64,000 nt of DNA. It comes from Deltaproteobacteria bacterium HGW-Deltaproteobacteria-14. Lineage in GTDB: Bacteria; Myxococcota_A; UBA9042; PHBI01. Both the position numbers and the translations under genes were made by a program. A model generated the notes under the pieces. The model had not been told where the DNA came from, made no database searches, and saw only the letters and a program-made list of their open reading frames with translations. The stretch is taken from contig PHBI01000047.1 in the NCBI GenBank assembly GCA_002841945.1, forward strand, positions 5,421-69,420, in the 5' to 3' direction. Shown here piece after piece: positions 27,575 to 37,200 of this stretch (positions within the stretch are counted from its first letter, which is position 1; each line of letters opens with the position of its first letter).

Positions 27575-28768
27575 ATGCTTTCCACCGCAGCGGTCGCCGA
27601 GCCCAGCGCTCCGCGGCCGACTCGTGAACGACGGGGCGCGCGACCCGCCGTGACCCGCCTGACCGTCGCGCTCCTCACCCTCGGCGTCGCGCTCTCGGTC
27701 CCGGCCGTCGCCAGCGCGCGCCCGACGGGCGTGCCCCGCATCGAGGTCGCGTTCGTGCTCGACGCGACCGGCTCGATGAGCCCCTGGATCGAGCAGGCGC
27801 GCCGCCGCATCACCGCCATCGCGACCGACCTCGCCACCGGCGAGCCCGCCCCGGAGGTCCGCTTCGGCCTCGTGGCGTACCGCGACACCTCGGACGACTT
27901 CGTGACCCGCGTCGATGACCTCACGCCGAACCTCGACAGCATCAAGGCCCAGCTCGACGCGACCCACGCGCAGGGGGGCGGCGACTACCCGGAGGCGGTG
28001 CTCGAGGCCCTCGAGGCTGGCGTCGTCCAGCTCCGCTGGACCCTCGACGACCCAGACGTCATCAAGCTCATCTACCTCGTCGGCGACGCGCCGCCCAACC
28101 ACCACCCCGACACCCCCGACGAGGACCGCGTCCTCGCCGAGGCGCTCGACCGCGGCATCGTCATCCACACCATCGCCTGCGGGAACATCAGCGACGGTGG
28201 CGAGGGCTTCTTCGAGCGCGTCGCCCGCATGAGCGAGGGCCGCCCGTTCCGCCTGCGGGACGCCGGCCCGCCCGAGGCGCGCTCCCCCGAGGCCGTCGCC
28301 GTGACCGCCGTCGGCGCCACCCGCACCACCAGCCTCGCCGCCGCAGTCAGCGGCTCTGCGCGCGCCTACTCCGGCAGCGTCGGCGTCGCCTACGCCGCCA
28401 AGCCTCGCCCGACGGTGGCCACCGCGCCCCTCGCCGTCCCGCCCGCCGCCGCGGCCGGCGCGAGCGGCCTCCTCGGCCCCCACGTGCGGGTCGTCCGCGA
28501 CGCCCGGGCCTGGTCCGATCTCTGGCTCGCCTTCACCAGCACCCGCGCCGGTGAGCCCCCCGCCGTCCCCGAGGTCGACTTCGAGCGCACCTGGGTGCTC
28601 GCCATCGGCGGCGGCGACGCCGGCCTCGAGCTCGCCCGGGTCGAGCAGGACGAGGGCGTCCGCTTCGCCGTCGTCCGCCCGACCGCCACGCCGGGCGTGC
28701 GCTTTCTCACCGTCCCCGCGGGCGACCCCATCGTCGCCGCCGCCGACTCCACCGGAGGTGCCAAGTGA
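27575..28768 (+). CDS. Secreted von Willebrand factor A (vWA) domain protein
   Basis: Signal peptide (possibly Tat: RERRGARPAVTRLTVALLTLGVALSVPAVASA). MIDAS motif VAFVLDATGSMS...GGDYPEA...YLVGDAPP. Confidence 0.7.
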   Translation: MLSTAAVAEPSAPRPTRERRGARPAVTRLTVALLTLGVALSVPAVASARPTGVPRIEVAFVLDATGSMSPWIEQARRRITAIATDLATGEPAPEVRFGLVAYRDTSDDFVTRVDDLTPNLDSIKAQLDATHAQGGGDYPEAVLEALEAGVVQLRWTLDDPDVIKLIYLVGDAPPNHHPDTPDEDRVLAEALDRGIVIHTIACGNISDGGEGFFERVARMSEGRPFRLRDAGPPEARSPEAVAVTAVGATRTTSLAAAVSGSARAYSGSVGVAYAAKPRPTVATAPLAVPPAAAAGASGLLGPHVRVVRDARAWSDLWLAFTSTRAGEPPAVPEVDFERTWVLAIGGGDAGLELARVEQDEGVRFAVVRPTATPGVRFLTVPAGDPIVAAADSTGGAK

Positions 28769-31074
28769 CTTCACGCCTGCTCCGCGGCGCGCTCGCCGCC
28801 GCGCTCTGCCTCGTCGCCACCCCGGCCCTGTCGGCCGGCTGGGCCACGGCGCCCGTCGGCCCGCTGCGCACCGCCTACACCCGGGTCGACGCCGTCATCG
28901 ACGGCGACACGGCGCGCACCACCGTCACCCAGGTCTTCGTCAACGACCTCGAGACCCCGGTCGAGGTGACCTACCGCTTCCCGCTGCCCGAGGACGCCAG
29001 CGTCACCGGCTTCGCCGACTGGCGCGACGGCCGCCGCCTCGAGGCGACCGTCGCCGGCAAGGAGGACGCCCGCGACGCCTACGAGGAGGCCGCCGCCGAG
29101 GGTCGCCCCGCCGCGCTGGCCGAGAAGGAGGCCAACGCCCGCTTCGTGATGCGGCTGTCGACGGTGCCCCCCCGGGGCGCCCGCCGGGTCGAGCTCACCT
29201 ACGTCCAGACGCTCTCGGCCCTCGGGGGCGAGCGCACCTGGGTCTTCCCGGCCGAGCGCGCCGGCGACGTCCCGCCGCCGACCGTCCTCGACGTCGACGT
29301 CACCCTCCGCAACGAGTCGCCGATCAAGGCCGTGCAGTCCCTCAACCACGGCGACGCCCGCGTCATCCCGCAGCGGGACGGCTCACGCCACGTGGCGCTG
29401 AGTCGCACCGGCGGCGGCCTCGGCTACGATCTCGTGCTGCGCTGGCGCGTCGAGACCGAGGCCATCGACCTGGCCGCCCGCGCCGTCCGCCCCGACGCCG
29501 ACCAGCCCGGCTACGTCGAGGCGCGCCTCAGCTTCGCGAGCGACCCCTACGACGCCCTGCGCCCGCCCCAGGACGTCGTCATCGTCCTCGACCGCTCGCT
29601 CTCGATGGCCGGCGCGCCCCTCGAGCGCGGCCGCGCCCTGGTCGAGGGGATCCTGGCCGAGCTCGCCCCCGAGGACCGCTTCTCCCTCATCACCTTCAAC
29701 GCCGGCGTGACCCCCATCGTCGGCGACCTCGCGCCGGCCGACGACGCCAACATCGACCTCGCCCAGGCCGGCCTCGACGACGTCCGCGCCGCCGGACGCT
29801 CCGATCTCCAGGCCGCCCTCGACGTCGCCGCCCACGTCCTGCGCGCGAGCAGCGCCGGGACGCTGGTCCTCGTGACCGACGGTCAGCCGACCGCCGGCGC
29901 CGGCTACACCCGCCTGCCGCTCGCCGCGGACCTCGCCGACTGGGTCGACCACCGCGTGGTCGTCGCCCACGCCAGCTACCCGTCGCGTCAGCCGGTCCTC
30001 GAGCAGCTCTTCCCCCAGGTCACCGTGCGCTACGTCCCCGACGGTGACGCCGGCGTCGACGCCATCGAGTCCCTCATCCGCCTCGTCGTCGCCCCGACCA
30101 TCGAGGACCTCTCGGTCGACCTCGACGGCGCCAACGTCTTCGCCCTCGAGGGCAAGGTCCCGGCGCGCCTCGCCGTCGGCGAGTACCTCCGTCTCCTCGC
30201 CCGCGCCGAGTCCGACGTCGTCGTGCGCGTCAGCGGCACGCTCCACGGCCGCCCGGTCCGCCTCGAGCGCGAGGTCGTGCTCCCCGCTGGCCCCGACGCG
30301 CGCGGCGACCGCGGCCTGCCGGTCGAGTGGGCGCGCCTGCGCGTGGCCGGCCTCGAGGCGCGCTTCGACGGCGCGGCCTACGACGAGCAGGAGGCCATCG
30401 AGGCGGAGATCCGGTCGCTCGGCGCCGCCTACCGCCTCGCCACGCGCTTCACGAGCTACGTCCTCACCGACTCCCTCGCCCCCGACCGCATCATGCCTGG
30501 CGACCCCGAGATCCGCGTCCACGCGCCCGCAACGGCGCTCGGCGTCCGCGCCGTCCTGCCGTGGGGCGAGGTCGTCGACTGTCACTGGCAGCAGGACGAG
30601 CAGCTCTGGCTCGGCCGCTTCCTCGTCCCCCGCGGCACTCCGGACGGGATGTACCGGATGCGGGTCTTCGTCGACGGGCAGGAGGGGACCGAGCTCCGCG
30701 GCACGCTCTTCTTCCGCGTCGACTCCGAGCCGCCGGAGTTCGAGCTGCTGATCGAGGGCGACGCGACCGTCGCCATGGCCGACACCCTGCGCGTCATCGC
30801 CCGCCCCAAGGACGGCGTGTACGAGGGCGAGGCGCTGCGGACGGTCGGCGACACCGTCGTCCGCGACAAGGTCGACCTCAAGCGCATCGTCGTGCAGCTC
30901 GGCGACCGCGAGTACCCGCTGACCCAGGTCGGCGACGGCGAGCTGTGGGCCGCCGACGTCCCCGTCGCCGTCGCGGCCGGGCGGCACGTCCTCAAGCTCG
31001 TGGCCGTGGACTACGCGCTCAACAGCACCGAGGCCACCCTCGCCATCGACGTCCACGCGGAGCGCACGCCGTGA
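28765..31074 (+). CDS. Secreted VIT (vault/inter-alpha-trypsin) + vWA domain protein
   Basis: ATGA overlap with the preceding gene. Signal peptide MTSRLLRGALAAALCLVATPALSA. VIT-like N-terminus (VEVTYRFPLPEDASVTGF). vWA motif VVIVLDRSLSMAG...LVTDGQPT. Confidence 0.75.
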   Translation: MTSRLLRGALAAALCLVATPALSAGWATAPVGPLRTAYTRVDAVIDGDTARTTVTQVFVNDLETPVEVTYRFPLPEDASVTGFADWRDGRRLEATVAGKEDARDAYEEAAAEGRPAALAEKEANARFVMRLSTVPPRGARRVELTYVQTLSALGGERTWVFPAERAGDVPPPTVLDVDVTLRNESPIKAVQSLNHGDARVIPQRDGSRHVALSRTGGGLGYDLVLRWRVETEAIDLAARAVRPDADQPGYVEARLSFASDPYDALRPPQDVVIVLDRSLSMAGAPLERGRALVEGILAELAPEDRFSLITFNAGVTPIVGDLAPADDANIDLAQAGLDDVRAAGRSDLQAALDVAAHVLRASSAGTLVLVTDGQPTAGAGYTRLPLAADLADWVDHRVVVAHASYPSRQPVLEQLFPQVTVRYVPDGDAGVDAIESLIRLVVAPTIEDLSVDLDGANVFALEGKVPARLAVGEYLRLLARAESDVVVRVSGTLHGRPVRLEREVVLPAGPDARGDRGLPVEWARLRVAGLEARFDGAAYDEQEAIEAEIRSLGAAYRLATRFTSYVLTDSLAPDRIMPGDPEIRVHAPATALGVRAVLPWGEVVDCHWQQDEQLWLGRFLVPRGTPDGMYRMRVFVDGQEGTELRGTLFFRVDSEPPEFELLIEGDATVAMADTLRVIARPKDGVYEGEALRTVGDTVVRDKVDLKRIVVQLGDREYPLTQVGDGELWAADVPVAVAAGRHVLKLVAVDYALNSTEATLAIDVHAERTP

Positions 31075-32738
31075 TCACCTGGCTCGCCGCCCTGCTGCTG
31101 ACCGCCGCCGTGGGCCCGCCCCCGGCGGCGACCCCGACCGCGCCTGGCGCCTGCCCGGTCCCCGAGGGGCCGGTCAGGGCGCGGACCGTCCTCGCCGACG
31201 GGACCGCGGTGGTCGCCCGCGACGGCGCCCTGCAGCTCGCGGACCGGCTCGTCACCGCCTGCGACGGGCTGCCCGATCCCTTCCCCATCAGCGTCGCCGC
31301 CTTCGAGGGCGAGCTGTGGGTGGGTTTCAGGGCGGCGGGCCTCTACCGCTTCGACGGGCACAGCTTCAGCCGCGCCGAGGGCCTCCCGGCGGACGCGGTC
31401 CGCGCGCTCGCCGCCGGGCCGGACGCCCTCTGGATCGGCACCGGCAAGAGCGGCCTGTGGCGCCTCAGCCGCGACGGCGCGCTCGCTCGCTTCGACCACC
31501 GCGTCCTCGGCCAGCAGGAGGTCTCGGCGCTGCTCCTCGACCGCAAGGGGGACCTCCAGGTCGGCGCCGGCATGTACGGCTGGTGGCGTGTGCGCCGCAA
31601 CAAGGCCACGCGCATCCAACGCAATATCTATGTCGGCTGCTTTGCTGCGATGCACGGCAAGGCGGTGCCGCTCTCCCCGGGCCCCGAGTGCGACCTCGGC
31701 GCCGCGACCTCGGCGTCCGGGCTGCCCTCGAGCCACGTCGCCGCGCTGACCTGGCACCGCGGGCGGCTCTACGTCGGGACCTTCGACCGCGGGCTGGCGG
31801 TGCAGGGCGCTGACGGGCGCTTCGCGGGCGTCGCCGGCGCGCCGCCCTTCGTCAACGCGCTGGTGTCCGACGGCGACACCCTGTGGATCGGGACCGCCAA
31901 GGGGCTCTGGCGGGCTCGCGGAGACGCCGCACCTCAGGCGACGCCCCTCGGGCTGCCCTCGGAGCACATCACCGGGCTCGCCGTCGCCCCCGACGGGACG
32001 CTGTGGCTCGCGACCGGACAGGGGCTCGCCGCGCGGGAGCCGGGCGGGCGGGTGCGCGTCCTCGGCGTGGCGGCCGGCCTGCCGTCGCGGCTCGTCTACG
32101 CCGTGGCGGTCGCCGAGGATGGCGCGGTCTGGGCCGGCACGGCCGGCGGCGCCGCCCGCTTCGGCTCCGAAGGCGTCCGGGTCTACACCCAGGTGAGCGG
32201 CGCCCTGACCCACGACTGGGTCAACGCGCTGCTGCCCGACGGCGACGACGGCGGCGTCCTCGCCGGCACCTACGACGCAGGCGTGGTGCGCCTGACCCCC
32301 GACGGGCACGGGGTGCCCCTCGCCGGGCTCGAGCACCTGTGGGTGAACCCCGGTGGGCTCACGCGGATCGGCTCCGGCGCGCTCGCGGTCGCGACCCTCG
32401 GAGACGGCCTCGCGATCGTGAACGCCGACGGCGGGAGGCTCGTCCGGGGCCTCCCGTCGGACGACGTGACGAGCGTGGTCCCGGCGGCGGAGGGGCTGTG
32501 GGTCGGCACCCGCGGCGGCCTGGTGCGGATCGGTTTCGCCACCGCCGGGCCCGCTTCGCGTCGGCCGGGGGGACCCTTTGGGGTGCGAAACGGTGTCGTA
32601 TCGGGCGCGGACCTGCGTCCGCCGCGGCCGACCGGCGGGGCCGCGGCGTGTCCCGACCGGTCGCGAGCTCCGGACTCCGGTCCGCGGCCTGCCGTTTCAG
32701 ACGCGACGCGACCTTGTGATAGCGTCGCTCCGCCATGA
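31071..32738 (+). CDS. Secreted two-component-regulator propeller (Reg_prop/Y_Y_Y-like) repeat protein with no kinase domain
   Basis: GTG 31071 overlaps the upstream stop (GTGA). Signal peptide. Repeated LWIGTxxGLxR / LWVGTxGGLVR blades. The last ~35 aa are encoded by the dispersed repeat. Confidence 0.65.
   Translation: MITWLAALLLTAAVGPPPAATPTAPGACPVPEGPVRARTVLADGTAVVARDGALQLADRLVTACDGLPDPFPISVAAFEGELWVGFRAAGLYRFDGHSFSRAEGLPADAVRALAAGPDALWIGTGKSGLWRLSRDGALARFDHRVLGQQEVSALLLDRKGDLQVGAGMYGWWRVRRNKATRIQRNIYVGCFAAMHGKAVPLSPGPECDLGAATSASGLPSSHVAALTWHRGRLYVGTFDRGLAVQGADGRFAGVAGAPPFVNALVSDGDTLWIGTAKGLWRARGDAAPQATPLGLPSEHITGLAVAPDGTLWLATGQGLAAREPGGRVRVLGVAAGLPSRLVYAVAVAEDGAVWAGTAGGAARFGSEGVRVYTQVSGALTHDWVNALLPDGDDGGVLAGTYDAGVVRLTPDGHGVPLAGLEHLWVNPGGLTRIGSGALAVATLGDGLAIVNADGGRLVRGLPSDDVTSVVPAAEGLWVGTRGGLVRIGFATAGPASRRPGGPFGVRNGVVSGADLRPPRPTGGAAACPDRSRAPDSGPRPAVSDATRPCDSVAPP
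32592..32695 (+). repeat. Copy B of the ~100-bp dispersed repeat at the 3' end of the propeller gene
   Basis: gtatcgggcgcggacctgcgtccgccgcggccg...ccggactccggtccgcggcctgcc, compared with copy A. Confidence 0.7.
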
Positions 32739-32968
32739 CGTATCAAGACGACCTCCGCGAGAAGCTGGCCGGCGACATCGACGTGACGACCTGGAGGGAG
32801 CTGCGCCCGCACGCCGCGCGTGGCGGCCAAGGTCGGCCTGTGGGCCGGGAGCGGGGCCCTCACCCGGCCCACCGCCGCGCAGCTCATCGCCTGGGAGCGC
32901 GCCCTCGACAAGCCCTTCGACTGCGTCGTGCTGTCGCCCTACGTCGTCGCGGCCGAGCGCCCGGAGTA
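32735..32968 (+). pseudogene. Small conserved-looking protein (~78 aa) with an apparent 1-nt frameshift near 32815
   Basis: ATG 32735 gives MTYQDDLREKLAGDIDVTTWRELRPHAA with high GC3. GC3 then collapses in this frame and continues in the +1 frame (VAAKVGLWAGSGALTRPTAAQLIAWERALDKPFDCVVLSPYVVAAERPE, stop 32968). Confidence 0.35.
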
Positions 32969-33004
32969 GCCATCCGGCCGGTGTCCTGATCCGAAGACGT
33001 ACGC

Positions 33005-33613
33005 CTAGAGCTCCCGCTGAATCCGCACCACCGCCCGCACCTGCCGCTCGAAGCCGGGGCACGCCCGCTGCCCGTTGACGTGCGGGCAGCCGGCGCAGCG
33101 GTCGACGGCGCCCACCCCGACCCGGCGCCGGGCGATGACCGCCGCGACCCACAGCGCCGGCCACGCCACGAGCCCCGGCCAGCCGACGAGCGCCGGCGCC
33201 GCCAGGGTCACGCCGGCGCAGACGCCGAGCCCCGCGCGCGAGAGATCGCGCCCGAGCCGCGATCTCACGCGGCCGTTGTGCAATGCGGAAAGAACGATCG
33301 CGCCCGCCGCGGCAACCGACGCCACGACAGCGCCACCCAACAAGGTGAGGGTGGCGGCTGTCGCTATCGCGATCGCGAAGGACACGGCCGTCCCTGCGGC
33401 CGCCGCGGCGCAGCTGCGGCACACGAAGACGTGGCCGAAGCGCAGCGTCTCCGCCCCGTAGCGATCGCACAGCGGCGCGTGCGCCCAGGCGTAGGGGTAG
33501 AAGTGGCGCGCCCACACCAGAAGCCGCCGCGCCGGCAGCCGCCAGCGCCGCGGGAGCAGGCGCACCAGCCCCCAGCGCGGCCGCGGGGCCGCTCGCTCGC
33601 CGGTCGGCGTCAC
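33005..33613 (-). CDS. Hypothetical integral membrane protein with Cys clusters (CxxC...CAGCPH)
   Basis: 202 aa with several hydrophobic segments. The start abuts the upstream YbjQ gene. Confidence 0.4.
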   Translation of the reverse strand: MTPTGERAAPRPRWGLVRLLPRRWRLPARRLLVWARHFYPYAWAHAPLCDRYGAETLRFGHVFVCRSCAAAAAGTAVSFAIAIATAATLTLLGGAVVASVAAAGAIVLSALHNGRVRSRLGRDLSRAGLGVCAGVTLAAPALVGWPGLVAWPALWVAAVIARRRVGVGAVDRCAGCPHVNGQRACPGFERQVRAVVRIQREL

Positions 33614-33620
33614 CCTCGGC

Positions 33621-33986
33621 TCAGGCCGCGGGCTCGACCACCACCGCGGTGCCGTATGCGACGATCTCGGCCATCCCCTGGGCGACCGTCGAGGTCCCGA
33701 AGCGCACCTCGACCACGGCGTTCGCCCCGATGGCGGCGGCCTTCTCCGACAGCCGGTCGACCGCCTGCTGGCGCGCCTCCTGGAGGAGCTCGGTGTAGCC
33801 CGAGACCTCGCCGCCGGTGATGTTCTTGCAGCCGGCGAGGAAGTCCTGGCCGATGTTCTTCGCGCGGACGGTGAGGCCCCACACGAGGCCCTTGTAGCCG
33901 ACCACCCGCTGCCCGGGGATGGTGCTCGTCGTCGCTACCATGATCCTGTCGCTCACGCCGCTGCCTCCTGTGTCGTCAGACGTCAT
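33621..33986 (-). CDS. YbjQ/UPF0145 family (putative heavy-metal-binding) protein
   Basis: IMVATTSTIPGQRVVGYKGLVWGLTVRAKNIGQDFLAGCKNITGGEVSGYTELLQEARQQAVDRL matches YbjQ-type proteins. Confidence 0.7.
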   Translation of the reverse strand: MTSDDTGGSGVSDRIMVATTSTIPGQRVVGYKGLVWGLTVRAKNIGQDFLAGCKNITGGEVSGYTELLQEARQQAVDRLSEKAAAIGANAVVEVRFGTSTVAQGMAEIVAYGTAVVVEPAA

Positions 33987-34200
33987 TGCCCGGCCCGAGC
34001 GAGCTCCCGCAGGTCGGGCATCGCTTCGCGCTCATCTGCTCGACCACGACGACCTCGCCGCAGCCCGGGCACTTGAACCGCTTCCGCGTCGAACGGGCCA
34101 TCCACCAGAAGAGCGCCAGCACGCCGGCGGCGCCGAGCGCCACCAAGACCAGCACCATCAGTCCGGGATCGCCCCCTACCATCTGCGCGATGCCATTCAC
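33976..34200 (-). CDS. Small membrane protein with C-terminal zinc ribbon (CPGCG...CPTCG)
   Basis: 74 aa: one TM segment, then CPGCGEVVVVEQMSAKRCPTCG. The stop overlaps the YbjQ start. Confidence 0.4.
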   Translation of the reverse strand: MNGIAQMVGGDPGLMVLVLVALGAAGVLALFWWMARSTRKRFKCPGCGEVVVVEQMSAKRCPTCGSSLGPGNDV

Positions 34201-34287
34201 CGAGGACCCTCCGGGTGTCCGAACCGCGCCATCATGCCCCGCGCCCAGCGATCCGACCAGCCGACCCGGAGAAGTCGGGCCTCCCGG

Positions 34288-37200
34288 TCACTTGCCGCGC
34301 GCGCCCTGGTCCTCGTCCTCGTCCGCGTCGGCTCCGCCGCGGCCCTCGCGCGCGCCCCGGATCAGCGCCGCCAGCTCCTCGACCGTCAGCGCGCGCGCCG
34401 CGTCCGTGCCCGCCAGAAGCGCCTCGGCGAGCTCCCGCTTCTCGTCGTGGAGCGCCATGATGCCCTCCTCGACCGTCCCCCGCGCCACCAGGCGGTACAC
34501 CGTCACCGGCTTGTCCTGCCCGATGCGGTGCGCCCGATCGGTCGCCTGGTCCTCGACCGCCGGGTTCCACCACGGATCGAGGTGGACGACGTAGTCCGCC
34601 GCGGTCAGGTTCAGCCCGGTGCCGCCGGCCTTGAGCGACAGCAGGAAGACGTCGCCGTCCCCCGCCTGGAAGGCGTCGACCTCGACGCGGCGCTGCGCCG
34701 CCGGCGTCTGACCGTCGAGATAACGCCAGCGCACCCCGGCCGCGTCGAGCGCCTGCCGCACCAGCGCGAGGAGCGTCGTGAACTGACTGAAGATCAGCGC
34801 CCGGTGACCCTCGTCCCGCAGCTCCGCGACGAGCTCGAGCAACACCGAGAGCTTGCTCGACTTCACCGCGGATGAAGCGTCGACGAGCCGCGGGTGACAC
34901 GCCAGCTGACGCAGCCGCGTGAGCGCCTGTAGCACCATGAAGCGCTGCTGCGGCGCCGCCTTGTCCTCGCCGCGGCCGATCCCCGCCAGGCTGTCCGCCG
35001 CCGCCGTCCGGAGCTCCTCGTAGAGCGCCCGCTCGGCGGCGGAGAGATCGACGTCCACACGCACGTCGGTGCGCGGGGGCAGCTCCTTGGCGACATCCCG
35101 CTTGAGCCGGCGCAGCACGAACGGCCGCACCAGCGCCGCCAGCGCTTCCCGCGCGTCCGCCCGCCCGAGCCGCTCGATCGGCACCGCGAACGACTCGCGG
35201 AACCCCCTCTTGCCGCCGAGCAGCCCCGGCGCGATGGCGCGGAACAGGCTCCATATCTCGCCGGTCCGGTTCTCGATCGGCGTCCCCGTGAGCGCCACGA
35301 CGAACCCGGCGTCGAGCCCGAAGACCGCCCGCGCCCGGAGCGTCTCCGGGTTCTTGATCGCCTGCGCCTCGTCGAGCACCACCGTCGTCCAGCGCCGCTC
35401 CTTGAGCGCCGTCGCGTAGCGCGCCACGAGGTCGTAGCTCGTCACGACGACGTCCCCGGCGCCGAGCTCCCCCTCGAGCAGGCCGACGTGCTGTGCGCCG
35501 CGAAAGAGGGACACCCGCAGCTCCGGCGCGAAGCGCTCGGCCTCGCGCTCCCAGTTGAAACCAAGCGACGTGGGCGCGACGACCAGCTGCGGCCCGTCCA
35601 TTCTGCGATGCAGCATGAGCGCCAGCGCCTGCACCGTCTTACCGAGCCCCATGTCGTCCGCGAGGCACGCCCCGGTCGACCAATGCGCCAGCCGCACCAG
35701 CCACTGAAACCCCTCGTGCTGGTAGTCGCGCAGCTCACCTCGGAGCCCGGCGGGCAGCGGCGCGGCGAGCCCCGATGCCTCTCGCAGCCGCGTCATGCGC
35801 TCGTACCACGCCGTGCTCCCCGAGACGTCAGCCCCCGCCTCCGCCAGCTCGGCCACCAGCGGCGCGGCGAGCGCCGTCAGCCGATCGTGGCTCGCGGTCG
35901 CCGCCAGGGCCTCGAGCTGTCGCCGCAGCTGGGCGTCCAGCGCCGCGAAGCTCCCGTTGTCGAGGCGCACGTAGCGTCGCCGCTCGCGCAGGGCGCGCAG
36001 GATCTCCCGCAGCGGGATGGTCCCGCCGTCCTCGCCCGTCGCCTCGCCCTCGAGGGTGAACCAGTCGCGGCCCCCACCTCCCTCGGCTCGGACCACCAGA
36101 TCCGAGCCGCGCACGGCCCGCCCGACGTGGTAGCGCTCGGTGCCGCCCCACTCGACCGGGATGTGCGCGTCGCGGGCGTTGTTCAGCACGTCGAGCACGT
36201 CGTCGACCGCGTCGAGCCCCCACTCGTGGCGCAGGCCATCGTCGTGTACCGGGAGCCCCAGCGCCGCGGCCGCCGCGCTCGCCGCCGCGAGCTCCGCCGG
36301 GAAGTCGCGCCTACAGTGAACGACCGCGTCGCCGCGTCGCGCCAGCAGCTTCTCGGGGCCCATCCCCGGGCTCTCCGACGCCCGCTCGACGAGCGGGCGG
36401 ACCACGAGCCGCGCGCTCACCGCGCCGTCCGCCGGCGCCTCGAGCTGCAGGATCGGCGCCGACGTCCCGTCGACCTCGTCGCCGGTTAGCGCCTCGGGGA
36501 CGTGCACCGGGACGTGGGCGCTGGCCTCGGTCAGGTAGCCGACCAGCTCAGGCAGCGCCTCCGCGGGCAGGTGGTCGCCGAGCGCCGTCCACGTCGTGAC
36601 CAGCGCCTCGGCCTCCGGCGGCACGGTGATCACGCGCAGGATCCCGCCCTCCTCGTCCGCCTCCACGGCGACCCCGAGGCGGGCGCGCCGCACCAGGTCC
36701 CGGGCCTCGTCGAGGGTCAGGAGCGCGCCGTCGAGCTCGAAGCCGAGCCGGACCCCGTCGCCGTCCTCGCGCACCGCCTGCACCAGCTCACTGCGACGCA
36801 CATTAACGGGCCGTGCCATGTTCGGATCGAGCATGACTCGTGGGTGGTGGACGAGATGCTGCACCGCACGATACGGCGCCCCGAGATCCTGGGCCGCGAG
36901 CTCCGCGAGGATGGCGGCGTCCGCCGGGTGGCGCCAGCGGCGCGGCTCCCGGGTCAGGCCGCTGATGGCGAGCTTGCGCACGACGAGCCCGCTGCCGGTC
37001 TTCTTGGGGCGCAAGAACACCGGCACGATCTCGAGCTCGTAGCGGGTGAGGCGGACGCGCCAGCCGAGCTCGCCCTCCTCGTTGCCGTGGACCAGCGGCG
37101 CCGGGGCCGCCTGGACGAGGTGCCGGCGCATCTGATCGAGGGCCCGGCGCCACGGCGGCGTCGCCAGCTCGGCCGCGAGCTGCGCGGCCTGCTCGGCCCA

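Noticed and set aside
27335-28774. 479-aa minus ORF
   Set aside because: Antisense to the vWA gene.
29383-31056. 557-aa minus ORF
   Set aside because: Antisense to the VIT-vWA gene.
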